Source: Squalus acanthias
Taxonomy: Eukaryota
Reading direction: 5' to 3'
Length of the DNA stretch: 64,000 nt
Assembly (NCBI GenBank): GCA_030390025.1
Contig: CM059431.1
Span: forward strand, 141,424,001-141,488,000
Part shown: one piece after another, positions 34,373-48,500 of the stretch
Numbering within the stretch: position 1 is the first letter of the stretch
Layout: each line of letters opens with the position of its first letter
Program-made: the position numbers and the translations under genes
Notes under the pieces: model-generated
The model's input: only the letters and a program-made list of their open reading frames with translations
Told to the model about the DNA's origin: nothing
Database searches by the model: none

Positions 34373-36089
34373 CTCAACACCCGGCATTTGTGCAGTATGG
34401 GTCCCAGCCGCTGGAATCCTTCACTCTGAATGGAGCAGCCCCGCAGATCGAGTTGTTGCATTATATCACAGAGTCCAATGCCGTGAGCCAGAACCGCACA
34501 GTCAATCGGGGTCAATGAAAGATTAGTAAAACTAATTGATTTCATATGTCCCACTGTTTTCCGAGCCAGTGCTTTATTCTGAGACTCAAACAGGTAGTGG
34601 AATGTGTTCAGGAGGTCCCCTTTACAAGTCCCAATCTCTATTTTCCTAATCTGTTCTTCAACCTTCTCCTTCACCCAGTCAATCACTCGGCACGTGTTTT
34701 GATGAAGAAATGGACCCAGAAACTCCTCCAGGGGTCGAGCTGCCTGTGGGGAGGAGAGACCAGCAACAAAACGGAGAAATATCTCAAATCGCCCATCTTC
34801 CTTGCTGTGGGATTCTCTGAGGAGTTTCAGGGTGTCCCCGGGATCTGAAGTCAGGAATTCTGCGAGTGCGGCTACAAACTCTTGGATGGTGAGGTGCGGG
34901 AATGTGTACACCACGCTCTGGACAGAATCATCTCTCTCCAAAAGTTCCATCATGAACCCAGACAGGAACTGGGAAGGTTGCAGATTGTACTTGCTCAAAT
35001 CTCCATTTCCAAACACAATCTTCTTCTCGGAGACTCCTGTGGAGGCCATCTCACCAAGCTTCAGAAACACATCACGGGGGTTTTCAATCTCTCGGCCATG
35101 GTTTTTCAGAATGTTGTAAATATAGTAGGAATATAGTTGCGTGATGGTCTTGGGAACTCGCTGCTGATTCCTGTCTCTTTGTGTAAAGAAGGGACCCAGT
35201 GACAGACCGAGGATCCAGCAGTAGGAAGGGTTGTAGCACATGGTGTACAGGACCTCGTTCTCCTCCACGTGTTTGAAAACAGCTGCTGCCACCGTCTGAT
35301 CTTCAAAAAACTTGTTAAAATATTCCTTCCGTTCTTCACCAACAAATCCCAGGATTTCAGCCCAGACATTGATGTCAGCCTTTTGCAATAAATGTAATGC
35401 AGTGGGTCGGCTGGTCACTAGCACTGAACATCCTGGGAGCAGCTTGTGCTGTATTAAACTGTACACAATGTCAGACACTTCACACCAGTCTTCGGGACCT
35501 GTATTTCTCCGATTGTCAGCAAAATCGATCCTGTCCTTGAATTCATCCAAACCATCGAATATAAACAGCAATCCCTCTGGGTTCTTCCAGAGCTCTCCCA
35601 GAACTTTCCCGAAGTAAGGATAGAAAAAGAGTATCAGATTCCTCAGGTTTATTCTACAGTTAATAGAGTTCAAATCCCGGAATTTAAAACTGAAAACAAA
35701 TTGAAAGTGTGGGTATATTTTCCCAGTGGCCCAGTCATGAACAATCTTCTGTACCATTGTTGTTTTTCCAATCCCCGGGACTCCGCTCACTGCTGCTGAA
35801 CTCCCAGATTTGGATTTTCTCTGGGAAAAACTGCTGTGGAACAATTGATCAGTTCGGATTTTCTCCAGCTCTCCCCGGAGATGTTTCTCTCTCCATTTTT
35901 CATGCTGTCGGCCTCTTGCCAGCAGTTCATGTTCTACAAGTGTCCGATCTCGAACAGTAGAAATGAACGTTAGCTCAGCGTATCGATCAACCAGCTGGAA
36001 AATCTTAACCTTTTCCTTTATTAGGATAGTGTTCACTCTCAGTGTTTCAGTTTGTACCCGGAGTGTTTCCTTGTGTTTCTGTTGAACAT
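34373..36089 (-). CDS. NLR gene, large NACHT exon (NLRC3/NLRP3-like fish-type NLR)
   Basis: Walker A GVPGIGKTT, Walker B LLFIFDGLDE, VLVTSRP and winged-helix FPHLTIQEF. Acceptor ctaattgaag, donor gtaact, 1717 nt open, phase 1/2. Confidence 0.97.
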
Positions 36090-36519
36090 CTTCAATTAGA
36101 ACAGACAGAAAGTGGTTTCAATGGTAGTTGTATTGACAAAAAACAACTTCTCAACACCATTTCGCTATTCAGTAAAATGTTGCAAGATTTAATTCACCGT
36201 ATCAATTGAGATGAGTTTAGAAATTGAACTCAATGAATGGAAACCTCGCTTGAAAGTGAACAATGACTGAGAAAAGTTTCAAAATCTCACTTGATTCTAA
36301 TATTTACTGAACAAGGAGATTACTATGAAGATGATATTTCCCCTCGGATGGTTATTACTTTCGGGCCTGCCCTGTACTATAGACATCTCATTATAACTCA
36401 AAACATGGTCCTTTTTATACGACTGCAGAGGTTCTAGTGGATCAATCTCTGAAACCGTCAGTGGTGCTTCCCTTCTGCAGCAAAGGAAAAAGTGATTGTC
36501 CCTCTCAGTGAGCAACCAA

Positions 36520-39500
36520 TGTGCAGAAGATCTACAGTTACTTTATCAGGCCTTGGGCAGGTTATCTGGGTTAGTGTGGGGACTGGGAGAAGAACAGACT
36601 GTGAATATGCAGAAGTTCCACCATTAGTGTGCCAGCATTTGGGCAGGTTATCTGGGGTACTGGGAGAGGGACAAACTGTGAATGGACAGAAGTTCCACCT
36701 TTACTGTATCAAGTCCTGGGCAGGTTATCTGGGGTAGTGTGTGCACTGGGAGAGGGAAGACTGTGAATGGACAGAAGTTCCACTGTTATTGTGTCAGACC
36801 TTGGGCAGGATATCTGGGGTAGTGTGCGCACTGGGAGATGGTGTGACTGTGAATGTACTGAAGTTCCACAATAATGTATCATACCGTAGTAGTTTATCTG
36901 GAGTAGTGTGGGCACTTGGAGAGGGACAGACGGTGAATGTACAGAATTTCCACCGTTAGTGTGTCAGGTACTGGGCAGGATATCTGGGGTAATGTGGGCA
37001 CTGGGAGAGGGTAAGCCTGTCAATGTACAGAAGTTCCACCGTTCATGTGTCAGCTCCTGGGCAGGTTATCTGAGGTAGTGTGGACACTGGGAGAGGGACA
37101 GACTGTGAATGTATAGAACTGCCACCGTTGGGCAGGTTATCTGGGGTAGTTTTGGAACTGGGAGAGGGACAGACAGTGATGGTACAGCAGTTCCACCATA
37201 AGTGTGTCAGGTCCTGAGCAGTTTGATTTGGGTAGTGTGGGCACTGGGAGAGGGATAGACTGTGAATGGATAGAATTCCAACGTTAGTGTGTCAGTTCCT
37301 TGGCAGGTTATCTGGGGTAGTGTGGACACTGGGAGAGGGACAGACTGTGATTGGAGAAAAGTTCCACCGTTGGTGTGTCAGGTCCTGGGCAGGTTATCTG
37401 GGGTAGTGTGCGCACTGGGAGAGGGACAGACTGTGAATGGACAGAATTCCACCGTTAGTGTGTCAGGTCCTGGGCATGTTATCTGGTGTAGTTTGGGCAC
37501 TGGGAGAGGGACAGTTTTTTGATGTGCAGAAGTTCCACCGTTAGTATGTAATATCGTTTGCAAGTTAACTGGTGTGGTGTGGGCACTGGGAGAGTGACAG
37601 ACTTTGAATGGGCAAATTTTTCAACGTTAGTGTTTCAGGTCCTTTGCAGGTTATCTGGGGTAGTGTGGGCACTAGGAGAGGGACAGAAGGTGAATGGACA
37701 GAAGTTTCAACGTTATAGTGCTAGGTCCTGGGCAGGTTATCTGGGGTAGTGCGGTTACTGGGAGAGGGACAGACTGTGAATGTGCAGAAGTTCCACCGTT
37801 AGCATGTCAGGTCTTTCGCAGGTTATCTGTGGTAGTGTGGGCACGGAGAGAGGGACAGACAGTAAATGTACAGAAGGGCAACCTTATATTGTCAGGTCAG
37901 GTTATCCGGTGCAGTGTGGGTACTGGGAGAGGCACAAACTGTGAATGTACAGAAGTTCCACAGTTAGTTTGGCATGTCCTGGGCAGGATATCTGGGGTAG
38001 TGTGCGCACTGGGAGAGGGACAGACTGAGAATGTACAGAAGTTCCACCGTTAGTGTGTCAGGTCCTGGGCAGGTTATCTGGGGCAGTGTGCACACTGGGA
38101 GAGGGACAGACTGTGAATAGACAGAAGTTCCACCGTTAGTGTGTCAGGTCCTGGGCAGGATATCTGGGGTAGTGTGCGCACTGGGAGAGGGACAGACTGT
38201 GAATGCACAGAAGATACACCGTTAGTGTGTTAGACCTTGGGCAAGTTATCTGGGTTAGTGTGGGCACTGGGAAAGGGACAGACTGTGAATATACAGAAAT
38301 TCCACAGTTAGTTTGTAATGTCCTGGGCAGGTTATCTGGCATATTGTGTGCATTGGGAGAGGGAATGTTTGTGAATGGTCAGTAGTTCCAGCGTTAGTTT
38401 TTCAGGTCCTAGGCAGGTTATCTTGGGTAATGTGCGCACTGGGAGAGGGACAGACTGTGAATGTACAGAAGTTCCACCGTTAATGTGTCAGGTCCTGGGC
38501 AGGTTATCCTGGGTAGTGTGGGAACTTCGAGACGGACAGTCTGTGAATGGAGAGAAGTTCCACCGTTAGTTTGTCAGGTCCTGGGCAGTTTGATTTGTGG
38601 AGTGTGGGCACTGGGAGAGGGACAGACTGTGAATGGACAGAATTCCACCGTTAGTGTGTCTGGTCCTGGGCAGGTTATCTGGGGCATGTGGGCACTCAGA
38701 GAGGGAAGGAGTGTATATGTACTGAAGTTCCACCGTTGGCGGGTCAGGTCCTGTGCAGGTTATCTTGGTTAGTGTGGACACTGGGAGAGGGACAGACTGT
38801 GAATATACAGAAGTTCCACCGTTAGTGTATCAGGTCTTGGGCAGGTTATCTGCGTTAGTGTAGGAACTGTGAAAGGGACAGTCTGTCAATGCACAGAAGT
38901 TCCACCGTTCGTGTGATAGACCTTGGGCAGGTTATCTGGGGGAGTGTGCGTACTGGGAGAGTGACAGACTGTCAATGTACAGAGGTTCCACTGTTTGTGC
39001 GTCAGGTCCTCGACAGGTTACCTGTGGTAGTGTGTGCATTGGCAGAGTGACAGACTGTGAATGTACAGAAGTTCCATCGTTAGTGTGTCAGGTACTGGGC
39101 AGGTCATCTGGGTTAGTGTGGGCACTGGGAGAGGGACAGACTGTGAATGTACAAAAGTTCATCCGATAATATGTCAGATCCTGGGCAGGTTATCTGGGGT
39201 AGTATGGCCATTGGGAAAGACAGACAGTGAAAGGAAATAAGTTCCGCCGTTAGTACGTCAGGTGCTCGGTAATTTATCTGGGGTAGTGTGTGCACTGGGA
39301 GAGGGACAGACTGTGAATGTACAGAAGATCCGCCGTTAGTGTGTCAGGTCCTGGGCAGGTTATCTGGGGTAGTGTGGGCACTGGGAGAGGGACAGACTGT
39401 GAATGTACAGGTTGCACCGTTAGAGTGTCAGGTCCTGGGAAAGTTATCTGGGATAGTGTGGGCACTGGGAGTGGGACAGACTGTTAATGTTCAGAAGTTC

Positions 39501-42500
39501 TACCGATAGTATATCAGGTCCTAGGCTTGTCATCTGGATAGTGTGTGCACTGAGAGAGTGTCAGACTGTGAATGTACAGAAGTTCAAACGTTCGTGTGTC
39601 CGGTCCTGGGAAGTTTACCAGGGTTAGTGCGGACACTGGGAGAGGGGCAGACTGTGGAAGTAGAGAAGTTCCACCTTTAATGTATCAGGCCCTGGGCAGG
39701 TTATCTGTGTCAGTTTGTGCACTGGGAGAGGGACAGACTGTGAATGTACAGAAGATCCGCCGTTAGTGTGTCAGGTCCTGGGCAGGTTATCTGGGGTAGT
39801 GTGGGCACTGGGAGAGGGACAGACTGTGAATGTACAGAAGTTCCACCTTTAGTGTGTCAGGTCCTGGGCACATTATCTGGGGTAGTGTGGGCACTGGGAG
39901 ATGGACAGACTGTGAATATACAGAAGTTCCATCGTCAGTGTGTCAAGTCATGGAAAGGTTATCTGGGGCAGTGTGGGCACGGGGAGAGGGTCAGACTGTG
40001 AATGTACAGGTTGCACCGTTAGTGTGTCAGGTCCTGGGAAAGTTATCTGGGATAGTGTGGGCACTGGGAGTGGGACAGACTGTTAATGTTCAGAAGTTCT
40101 ACCGATAGTATATCAGGTCCTAGGCTTGTCATCTGGATAGTGTGTGCACTGAGAGAGTGTCAGACTGTGAATGTACAGAAGTTCAAACGTTCGTGTGTCC
40201 GGTCCTGGGAAGTTTACCAGGGTTAGTGCGGACACTGGGAGAGGGGCAGACTGTGGAAGTAGAGAAGTTCCACCTTTAATGTATCAGGCCCTGGGCAGGT
40301 TATCTGTGTCAGTTTGTGCACTGGGAGGGGGACAGACTGTGAATGTACAGAAGTTCCACCGTTAGTATGTCAGGTCCTGGGCAGGTTATCTGGTGTAGTG
40401 TGCGCACTGGGAGAGGGAGAGTCTGTGAATGTACAGAAGTTCCTCCGTTAGTGTGTCAGGTCCTGGGCATGTTAACTGGTGTAGTCTGGGTAATATAAGA
40501 TGGAATTACTGTGAATTTACAGAAGTGCCGCATTTAGTTTGTCAGACCTTGTGCAGTTTTACAAGGTTTGTGTAGGCATGGGGACAGGCTGTGAATGAGC
40601 AGAAGGTACACCGTTAGTGTGTCAGGTCCTGGGAAGTTTTTCTGGGGTAGTGTGGGTACTGGGAGAGGGACAGACTGTGAATGGACAGAAGTTCCACCGT
40701 TAGTGTGTCAGGTCCTGGGCAGGTTAGCTGTGGTAGTGTGGGTGCTGGGAGAGGGACAGACTGTGAATGGACAGAAGTTCCACCGTTAGTGTGTCAGGTC
40801 CTGGGCAGGTTATCTGTTGTAGTGTGCTAACTGGGAGAGGGACAGACTGTGAATGGACAGAAGTTCCACCGTAATGTGTCAGGGCCTGGGCAGTTTATCT
40901 TGCGTACTGTGCGCACTGACAGAGGGACCGACTTTGAAAGTGCAGAAGTGCCACCGTTAGTGTGTCAGGTCCTGGGCAGGTTATCTGGGGTAGTGTGGGC
41001 AGTGGGAGAGGGACAGACTGTGAATGTGCTGAAGTTCTCCCGTTAGTGTGTCAGGTCCTGGGCAGGTTATGTGTGGTAGTGTGGGCACTGGGAGAGGGGC
41101 AGACTGTGGATGTACAGAATTTCCACCGTTAGCGTGTCAGGTCCTGGGCAGGTTATCTGGTTTAGTGCAGGTACTGGGAGAGGGACAGACTGTGAGTGTA
41201 CAGAAGTTCAAGCGTTAGTGTGTGAGGTCCTGGGCAGGTTATCTGGTTTAGTGCGGGCACTGGGAGAGGGTTGACTGTGAATGGACAAAAGGTCCACCGT
41301 CAGTGTGTCAGGTCCTGGGCAGGTTATCTGTGGTAGTGTGGGCAGTGGGAGAGGACAGACTGTGAATGTACAGAACTTCCACCGTTTGTGTGTCAGGTCC
41401 TGGGCAGGTTATGTGTGGTAGTGTGGGCACTGGGAGAGGGGCAGACTGTGGATGTACAGAATTTCCACCGTTAATGTGTCAGGTCCTGGGCAGGTTTTCT
41501 TGGGTACTGTGGGCACTGGCAGATGGACCGACTGTGAATGTGCAGAAGTGCCACCGTTTGTGTGTCAGGTCCTGGACATGTTAACTGGTGAAGTCTGGGC
41601 AATGTGAGAGGGAAAGTCTGTGAATTTACAGAAGTGCCACCGTGAGTGTGTTAGATCTTGTGCAGTTTTACTAGGGTATTGTTGGCATGGGGAGAGGGAC
41701 AGGCTGTGAATGTGCAGAAGGTCTCCCGTTAGTGTGTCAGGTCCTGGATAGGTTATCTGGGGTAGTGTGGGCACTGGGAGAGGGACAGACTGAGAATGTA
41801 CAGAAGTTCAACCGTTCGTGTGTCAGGTTCTGGGGAGTTTATCTGAAGTAGTGTGGGCACTGGGAGAGGGACAGTCTGTGAATGTACTAAAGTTCCGCTG
41901 TTAGTCTGTCAGGTCCTGGACAGGTTATCTGGGTTAATGGGTGCACTGGGAGAGGGACAGTCTGTGAATGTACTGAAGTTCTGCTGTTAGTCTGTCAGGT
42001 CCTGGGCAGGTTATCTGGGGCAGTGTGGGCACTGGGAGAGGAATAGAGTGTGAATTTACAGAAGTTCCACCGTTAGTGGTTCGGGTCCTGGGCAGGTTAT
42101 CAGGTGTAGTGCGTGCACTGGAATTTGGCCAGTCTGCGAATGTACAGATGGTCTACCGTTAGTAGGTAAGGTCCTGGGCAGGTTATCTGTGGTAGTGCGG
42201 GCACTGGGAGAGGGACAGGCTTTGTATGGACAATGGTTCCACCGTTTTTGTGTTATGTCCTGGGCCGGTTATCTGGGGTAGTGTCGGCACTGGGAGAGGG
42301 AAAGACTGTGAATGTACAGAAGTTCCACTGTTAGTGTGTCAGGTCCTGGGCAGGTTATCTGGATTAGTGCGGGCAATGGTAGAGGAATGGACAGTGAATG
42401 TACAGAAGTTCCACCGTTAGTGTGTCAAGTCCTGGCAAGTTATCTGAGGTATTGTGGGCACTAGGAGAGGAACGGACAGTGAATCTACAGAAGTTCCACC

Positions 42501-45500
42501 GTTAGTGTGTCAGGTCCTGGGCAGGTTATCTGAGGAAGTGTGGGCACTGGGGGAGGGAAAGACTGTGAATAGTCAGAAGTTCCACAGTTAGTGTGTCATG
42601 TCCTGTGCAGTTTATCTAGTGTAGTGTGGGCACTGGGAGAGGGACAGTCTGTGAAAGTACAGAAGTTCCACGGTTTGTGTCAGACCTTGGTCAGGTTATC
42701 TGGGGTAGTTTGTGCACTGGGAGACGTACAGACTGTAAATATACGGAAGTTCAACCGTTATTGTGTGAGGTCCTGGGCAGTATATCTGATGTAGTGTTGA
42801 CACTGAGAAAGTGACAGAATGTAAACATACAGAAGTTCCACCGTTAGTGTATCAGGTCCTGGGCAGGGTATCTGTTGTAGTGTGGGCACTGGGAAAGGGA
42901 CAGCCTGTGAATGAACAGAACTTCCACTGTTAGTTTATTAGGTCCTGGGCCGGTTATCTGGGGTAGTGTGGGCACTGTGATAGGGACAGTCTGTGAATGT
43001 ACATAATTTCCACCGTTAGTGTGTCCGATCTTGGTCAGTTCATCTGGGGTATAATGGCACTGGAAGAGGGACAGACTGTGAGTGGACAAAGGTTCCACCC
43101 TTAGTGTGTCAGTCCTTGGGTAGGTTATCTGGGGTAGTGTGGGCACTGGGAGAGGGACAGAAGGTCAATGGACAGAAGTTCCACCCTTAGTGTGTCAGGT
43201 CCTGCGCATGTTTCTGGGGTGGTGTGGTCACTGGGAGAGGGACAGACTGTGAATGGACAGAAGTTCCAACCTTAGTGTGTCAGACATTGGGCCGGTTATC
43301 TGGGGTAGTGTGGGCACTGGGAGAGGGACAGAAGGTCAATGGACAGAAGTTCCACAGTTACCGTGTCAGTTCCTGGGCAGGTTATCTGGCGAAGTGTGGG
43401 CACTGGGAGAGGGACAGTCTGTGAATGTGCAGAAGGTCCACCGTTAGTTTTTATGTTTCTGGGCATGTTATCTGAGATAGTGTGGGCGGGACAGAAGTTC
43501 CACCGTTCATGTTTCAGAACGTGGGCAGGTTATCTGGGGCAGTGTGCGCACTGGGAGAGGGACAGTCTGTGAATGTACATCAGTTCTACCGTTAGTGTGT
43601 CAGGTCCTGGGAAGGTTATCTGGGGCTGTGTGTGCACTGGCAGATGGACAAACTGTGAATGTACATAATTTACAACGTTAGTGTGTCAGGCCCTGGGCAG
43701 GTTATCTAGGGAAGTTTAGCACTGGGAGAGGGACAGACAGTAAATGTATAGAAATTCCACCGTTGGTGTGTTCGGTAGTGGGCAAGTTTTTGGGTTACTG
43801 TGGGCACTGAGAGAGGGACAGAATGTGAATGTCCGTTGGTGTGTAAGGTCCTGGGCACGTTATCTGGGGTAGTGTGGGCACTGCGAGAGGGACAGACTGT
43901 GAATGTACAGAAGTTCCACCGTTAGTCTGTCAGAGCTTGAGCAGGTTGTCTGGGGTAGATTAGGCACTGGGAGTGTAGCAGACTGTGAATGTATACAAGT
44001 ACCACCGTTAGTGTGTCAGGTCCAGGGTTTTTTAGCTGGGATTGCGTGGGCGCTGGGAGAGGGATAGGCTATGAATAGACAGAAGTTCTAGCGTTCGTTT
44101 AAGTTCCTGGGCAGGTTATCTTTGGTAGTGTGGGCACTGGGAGAGGGTCAGACAGTGAATGGACAGAAGATCCACCGTTAGTGTGTCATGTCCTTAACAG
44201 GTTATCTGGGGCAATTTGGCACTGAGTGAGGGACAGATTGTGAATGTACTGATGTTAAACCAATAGTGTTTCATGTCCTGGGCAGGTTTTCTGGTGTATT
44301 GTGCTCACTGAGGTAGGGACAGACTGTGAATGTACAGATATTCCACCGTTTGTGTGTCAGGTCCTGTGCTGGTTATCTAGGGTAGAATGGGCACTGGGCG
44401 AGGGACAGACTGTGAATAGACAGAAGTTGCACCGTTAGTGTGTCTGGTCCTGGGCAGGTTATTGGGGGTAGTGTGGGCAATGGGAGAGGGATAGGCTGTG
44501 AATGGGAAGAAGGTCCAACGTTAGTGTTTCAGGTCCTGGGCAGGTTATCTGGGGTAGTGTGGGCACTGGGAGAGGGACAGATTGTGAATGAACAGAAGTT
44601 CTGCCATTAGTGTGTCAGGTCCTGGGCAGGTTATCTGGGATAGTGTGGGCACTGGGAGAGGGACAGACTGTGAATGGACAGAAGTTCCACCGTTAGTGTG
44701 TCATATCCTGGGCAGCTTATCTGGGGTAGTGTCGGCAATGTGAGAGGGAAACACTGTGAATTTACAGGATTGCCACCGTTAGTGTGTCAGACTTTGTGCA
44801 GTTTTACTAAGATATTTTGGGCATGGGGAGAGGGACAGGCTGTTATTGTGCAGAAGTTCCACCGTTAGTGTGTCAGGTCCTGGGCATGTTATCTGGGGTA
44901 GTGTGGGCACTGGGAGAGGGAAAGACTGTGAATGTACAGAAGTTCCACCGTAAGTGTTTCAGACCTTTCATGTTATCTGGGGTATAATGGCACTGGAAGA
45001 GTGTCAGACTGTGAATATACAGAAGTTCCACTCTTGGTGTCTCAGGTCCTGGGCAGGTTATCTGGAGTAGTGTGCGCACTGGGAGAGAGACTGACTGTGA
45101 ATGTACAGAGGTTCCACCGTTAATGTGTCATGTCCTGTGCAGGTTATCTGGGGTAGTGTGTGCACTGGGAGAGGAAGAGACTGTGAATGTACAGAGGTTC
45201 CACCGTTAGCGTGTCAGGTCCAGGGCATGTTATCTGGGATAGCGTGGACTCTGTGAGAGGGACAGACTGTGATTGTACAGAAGTTCCACCGTTAGTGTGT
45301 CTGGTCAACGGCAGTATATCTGGGGTGGTGTGGGCATTGAGAGAGGGACAGTCTTTGGATGGACGAAAGTTCCACCGTTATTGTGTCTGTAACTGGGCTT
45401 GTTAACTGGTGAAGTCTGGGCAATGTGAGAGGGAAAGACTGCGAATTTACAGAAGTGCCACCGTTAGTGTGTCAGAGCTTGTGCAGTTTTACTAAGGTAT

Positions 45501-48500
45501 TGTGGGCATGCGGAGAGGGACAGTCTGTGAATGTGCAGAAGTTCCACGTTAGTGTGTCAGGTCTTGGGCCGGTTATCTGTGGTAATGTGAGCACTGGGAG
45601 AGGGAAAGACGGAGTATATACAGAAGTTCCACCATAAGGGTGTCAGACCTTGGTCAGGTTATCTGGTGTATAATGGCACTGGAAGAGGGTCAGACTGTGA
45701 ATGGACAGAGGTTCCAGCCTTCGTGTGTCAGGTCCTGCACAGGTTATCATGATTGGTGTGGGCACTGTGAGAGGGGCAGTCTGTGAATGTACAGAAGTTC
45801 CACCGTTAGTGTGTCAGGTTCTGGGCAGGTTATCTGGGGTAGTGTGGGCACTGGGAGAGGGTCAGACTGTGAATTTACAGAAGTTCCACCGTTATTGTGT
45901 CAGGTCCTGGACAGGTTATCTGTTTTGGTATTGTGGGCACTGGGATAGGGACAGTCTGGGAAAGTACAGAAGTTCCATCGTTAGTGTGTCAAGTCCTGGG
46001 CAGGTTATCTGAGGTAGTGCGGGCACTGGGAGAGGGATGGACAGTGAATGTACAGAAGTTCCACCCTTAGTGTGTCATGTCCTGGCCTGGATATCTGGGG
46101 TGGTGTGGATACTGAGGGAGGGAAAGACTGTGAATGTACAGAAGTTCCATTGTTAGTGTGTCAGGTCCTGGGCAGGGAGGTATTGCTGCAGTTATATAAG
46201 GTATTGGTGAGACCGCACCTGGAATACTGCATACAGTTTTGGTGTCAAAACTTAAGAAAAGACATACTTGCTCTCGAGGCAGTACAAAGAAGGTTCACTC
46301 GGTTAATCCCGGGGATGAGGGGGTGGACATATTAGGAGATTGGGACTCTACTCATCGGAGTTCAGAAGAATCAGAGGCGATCTTATTGCAACAGATAAGA
46401 TTGTGAAGGGCCTTGATCGGGTGGATGCGGTAAAGATGTTCCCAAGGATGGGTGAAACTAGAACTAGGGGGCATAATCTTAGAATAAGGGGCTGCTCTTT
46501 CAAAACTGAGATGAGGAGAAACTTCTTCACTCAGAGGGTAGTAGGTCTATGGAATTTGTTGCCCCAGGAAGCTGTGGAAGCTACATCATTAAATAAATTT
46601 AAAACAGAAATAGACAGTTTCCTAGAAGTAAAGGGAATTAGGTGTTACGGGGAGCGGGCAGGAAATTGGACACGAGGCTGAGTTCGGATCGGTCAGGGCC
46701 CTGTGGGTGGCAGAGCGGGCCCAGCAGCTGAGTGGCCAGGTCCTGCTCCTACTTCTTGTGTTCTTTAGATTTGAGGTTAGGATCAGTTCAGCCATGATCT
46801 TATTGAATGGTGGAGCAGGCTCGAGCGGCCAATTGGCATACTCCTGCTCCTATTTCGTATGTCTTATCTTATGTTCTCTGGGGTAGTGTGGGCACTGGGA
46901 CAGGGACAGACTGTGAATGAACAGAGTTTGCACAGTTAGTGTATTAAGTCCTGCGCAGGTTATCTGATGTAGTGTGGGCACTGGGAGAGGGACAGTCTGT
47001 GAAAGTACATAAGTTCCACGGTTTGTGTTGATCCTTGGGCAGGTTATCTGGGGTAGTTTGTGCACTGGGAGCCGTACAGACTGTAAATATACGGAAGTTC
47101 AACCGTTATTGTGTGAGATCCTGGGCAGTGTATCTGATGTAGTGTTGACACTGAGAAAGTGACAGAATGTAAACTTACAGAAGTTCCACCGTTAGTGTGT
47201 CAGGTCCTGGGCACGTTATCTGGGGTATTGTGGGCACTGGGATAGAGGCAGACAGTGAATGTACAGAAGTTCCACCGTTAGTGTATCAGGTCCTGGGCAG
47301 GGTATCTGTTGTAGTGCTGACACTGGGAAAGGGACAGCCTGTGAACTAACAGAACTTCCACCGATAGTTTATTAAGTCCTGGGCCGGTTATCTGGGGTAG
47401 TGTGGGCACTGTGATAGGGACAGTCTGTGAATGTACATAATTTCCACCGTTAGTGTGTCAGATCTTGGCCAGTTTATCTGTTGCATAATGGCACTGGAAG
47501 AGCGACAGACTGTGAATGGACAAAGATTACACTCTTAGTGTGCCAGACCATGGGCAGGTTATCTGGGGTAGTGTGTGCACTGGGAGCGGGACAGTCTGTG
47601 AATGTACATAGGTTCCACCGTTAGTGTGTCTGGTCCTGGGCAGGTTATCTGTGGCTGTGTGTGCACTGGCAGATGGACAAACTGTGAATGTACATAATTT
47701 ACAACGTTATTGTGTCAGGCCCTGGGCAGGTTATCTAGGGAAGTTTAGCACTGGGAGAGGGACAGACTGTGAATGTATAGAAGTTCCACCGTTAGTGTGT
47801 TCGGTCCTGGGTAAGTTATTGGGTTACTGTGGGCACTGAGAGAGGGACAGAATGTGAATGTCCGTTAGTGTGTAAGGTCCTGGGCAGGTTATCTGGGTTA
47901 GTGTGGGCACTGGGTGATTGACAGTCTGTGAATGTACAGAAGTTCCCACGTTAGTGTATCAGGCGCTGTGCAGGTTATCTAGGGTAGTGTGGGCACTGGG
48001 AGAGGGACAGACTGTGAATGTACAGAAGTTCCACCGTTATTGTGTTAAGGTCCTTGGCAAGTTATCTAGGTTAGTGTGGGCACTGGGAGAGGGACAGACT
48101 GTGAATGTACAGAAGTTCCACCATTAGTGTGTCAGGTCCTCGGAAGGTTATCTGGGTTAGTGTGCGCACTGGGAGAGGGACAGACTGTGAATGGAAATAA
48201 GTTGTTCCGTTACTGTGTCATGTCCTGTGCAGGTAATCTGGTGTAGTGTGTTTACTGGGAGAGGGAGAGATTGTGAATGGACAGCCGATCCACGTTAGTG
48301 TGTCAGACCTTGTACGGGATATCTTGGTTAATGTGGGCACTGGGAGAGGGGCAGTCTGTGAATGGCCAGAAGTTCCACCGTCAGTGTGTCATGTCCTGGG
48401 CTGGTTAGCTGTGTCGTGTGGGCACTGGGAGAGGGACAGACTGTTAATGGACAGGAGTTGTTCCGTTAGTGTGTCATGTCCTGTGTAGGTTATCTGGTGT

